Assembly (NCBI GenBank): GCA_963716725.1 | Contig: CAVQUB010000011.1 | Coordinates: 128,001-192,000 of the forward strand | Reading direction: 5' to 3' | Length of the DNA stretch: 64,000 nt | Origin: an uncultured delta proteobacterium | GTDB taxonomy: Bacteria; Myxococcota_A; Polyangia; Polyangiales; Polyangiaceae | In this document: one piece after another, positions 63,139 through 64,000 of the stretch | Layout of the letters: every line of letters starts with the position of its first letter | How positions within the stretch are numbered: position 1 is the stretch's first letter | Notes under the pieces: model-generated | Database searches by the model: none | Seen by the model: only the letters and a program-made list of their open reading frames with translations | What the model was told of the DNA's origin: nothing | Made by a program: the position numbers and the translations under genes

Positions 63139-64000
63139 ATGTCCAGCCAGCCACAACCCGATTCACTGTCTCGGCTCGACAGCGAGCTGAACCGGCTGCG
63201 TGCCGAGCACGACGAGGCCGAGAGCGACGTCACCCGCGCAATCCTCATGCACGAGATCGCCGTGCTCGAAGAGCGTAGCGGCGACAGCGCCGCCGCTGCT
63301 CGCGATCAACTCGACGCGGTGAACTCCGAGCCGGAATTTCACGAGCCCCTCGAACGCCTGATCCAGATCATTCAAAAGAGCGGTTCCAGCAAGAACCTGG
63401 GCAAGCTGCTCGAGCGATCGGCCGAAGTCGCCGAAGGCGCAGAAGAGCGCGTCCGCGCACTGATGGAACACGCGGCCCACGTCGCCGACGTCGAGGTCTC
63501 CCCCGACGCCGCCCGAGCGGTCCTCGAGGAGGCTGCGGGGGAGAAGCCGGACGACGCTGGCAGTCTTTCTCGCGCTCGAGCTACTCGCCGCCAAGACGGG
63601 CGACACGGAGCTCCGCGAGCGCGCGCTCGCGACGCGAGCCGAATACTGCGAGCACCCGGCCTGGCGGTCGCTCTTGTTGCTCGGCGCAGCCGAGCTGGCG
63701 CTGACGAGCGGCGACACCGAGGACGCGCTCGAACGCGTCGAGCGCGCAATAGAACAGAAGGGCGAAGCGACCTACGCTGCGCTTCGTGCCCTGGAGCATG
63801 TGGGACGAAGCACGGATCGCTTCGACGTCGTCGCCCGCTCGCTGGAAGCACAGGCAGCGCTGATCCTGCGGGGCACCACCGACGCCGCGACAGCCGACGC
63901 GCTGGGCGTTCCGCGTCATGCCCGCAGCGCCGCGCACGCCGCGGATGCGTGGCTGCGCGCTGCGGATGCGCATCGCCGGCGCGGTGAAGTTGGAGACGCT
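63139..64000 (+). CDS. Large TPR-like helical repeat protein (partial; frameshift near 63570)
   Basis: Ala/Glu/Arg-rich helical repeats (P.F.EPLERL); continues in a shifted frame as FLALELLAAKTGD... to the window edge. Confidence 0.65.

Overview
High-GC chromosomal window whose gene content (many Ser/Thr kinases, an FHA-sigma54 activator, Cys-rich lipoproteins, a zinc-ribbon/TPR protein) points to a myxobacterium, probably Polyangiaceae/Sorangiineae-like; the taxon is inferred. In order: a large secreted DUF11/Cys-repeat protein running off the left edge; an FHA-sigma54 activator / Ser-Thr kinase / TPR / RCC1 operon followed by a lipoprotein with a sigma54-type promoter; further lipoproteins, a kinase-TPR and an esterase; recQ; a ~22 kb envelope locus (lipoprotein-type Omp85/TamA, DUF3943 protein, GPI-ethanolamine-phosphate-transferase-like and LtaS-like phosphotransferases, 4 glycosyltransferases, B12 radical SAM, methyltransferase, Wzm/Wzt, TamB-like); dnaG-rpoD preceded by a good sigma54 motif; a TDT transporter; a two-component system; Cys-rich lipoproteins; a lipase; an internally deleted IS630-family element carrying a GxxExxY gene bracketed by its own 34-bp inverted repeats; and a zinc-ribbon/TPR - M48/TerB - CobW - esterase operon. 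Many single-base frameshifts, densest in rpoD, look like consensus errors. No rRNA, tRNA or CRISPR array was recognised. All family calls come from motif recognition by eye, not database searches.
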